Source of the DNA: an uncultured Actinomycetota bacterium
GTDB lineage: Bacteria; Actinomycetota; Actinomycetes; Propionibacteriales; Nocardioidaceae
Reading direction: 5' to 3'
Length of the DNA stretch: 64,000 bases
NCBI GenBank assembly: GCA_963713305.1
Contig: CAVQLE010000005.1
Coordinates: 152,842-216,841, forward strand
In this document: one piece after another, positions 63,305 to 64,000 of the stretch
Layout of the letters: each line of letters begins with the position of its first letter
Numbering within the stretch: the first letter of the stretch is position 1
Notes under the pieces: generated by a model
Databases searched by the model: none
Seen by the model: the letters and a program-made list of their open reading frames with translations, nothing else
Told to the model about the DNA's origin: nothing
Position numbers and translations under genes: made by a program

Positions 63305-64000
63305 TCAGGTTCGGACCGACGCGTACAGGAGGCGGCGGAGCTGATCCGGCTTGGTCAACAGGTCGAGGAGATACAGGAATCCCAGGTGCGGCTAAATCGT
63401 GGGGGATCGTGCCATCGTGATGAACTAGGAGCGCGTCGGTTCTCGGTACAGCCTCGTCCTGGTTCGATCCGTGACCGTGAGTCGCGTTGCGTAGTACTCG
63501 GACGTACTCAGCGGCTGCGTGTTCGGGCGTATAACTCGCAGGAGTGCCATCCGTCAGAGTGAAGTCGATCGTCGCTGCCCCGGTCTGTCGCCGGAGGTAG
63601 AAGCCGTCCTGGAGGCGTTCCAATGCCTCGACGGCGCGCTCTGCGGCCGGTAGGAGCACCTCCTGCGCGCCGATGCTCATGTCCTTGCGTAGGCGTTCCA
63701 GTGTCTCCACCGCCACCCCGTGAGTGCAAAGTTCCACGAGTTTCCGGTTGGTGAGCCGTTCAAGAGTGTCGAGGACCGTGAACAGGAGAACGCGACGAGC
63801 ATCGCCATCCCGGTCTGACTGCTGGATGACACCCACACGCCTAAAGACCTGTTCGAAGGTGAGGATCGCATGCAGGTGATAGTTCGGGGCGTAAGCGCCG
63901 TTCGAGTCCGAGAAAACTGCGGGATCTGACACCACGCTCATTGCTCTGTCGAGGCGTCGCACCCACCACGTGATTGCTTCCGTCGGAGCCTCGGGAGAAA
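63305..64000 (-). CDS. Hypothetical protein (C-terminal part) with an HEPN-like R-x-H motif; probable frameshift near 63388
   Basis: Frame open to the window edge; LDTLE and LRNATHGH motifs. The shifted frame gives LGFLYLLDLLTKPDQLRRLLY* ending at 63305. Confidence 0.7.

Overview
High-GC actinobacterial chromosome segment; gene content and repeat families suggest Nocardioidaceae (inference). From left to right it holds: a cell-wall glycan end (2 GT2, 2 LCP genes); a ~12.6 kb general-stress block (4575-17141) built around a SigB/SigF-type sigma factor, in which a GNNTG-N14/15-GGG(T/A/C)AC promoter motif recurs ten times; and the conserved purE-purK/adenylate cyclase/birA/acyl-CoA carboxylase/maf/biotin carboxylase backbone with accessory genes (ECF sigma+YciI, TctABC, DUF885, trypsin-like protease). 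Further right are a 141-bp x3 tandem array of REP-like palindromes, pyruvate carboxylase, a DUF222-HNH + NERD pair, a choice-of-anchor B protein, an SNF2-type helicase behind a foldable 5' leader, tartrate dehydrogenase + DASS transporter, and a lower-GC hypothetical gene with an HEPN-like motif at the right edge. About 16 genes, including core metabolic ones, carry single-base frameshifts, most likely sequencing/assembly errors. No rRNA, tRNA, CRISPR array or transposase was recognised. All family calls are from motif recognition by eye; no database search was run.
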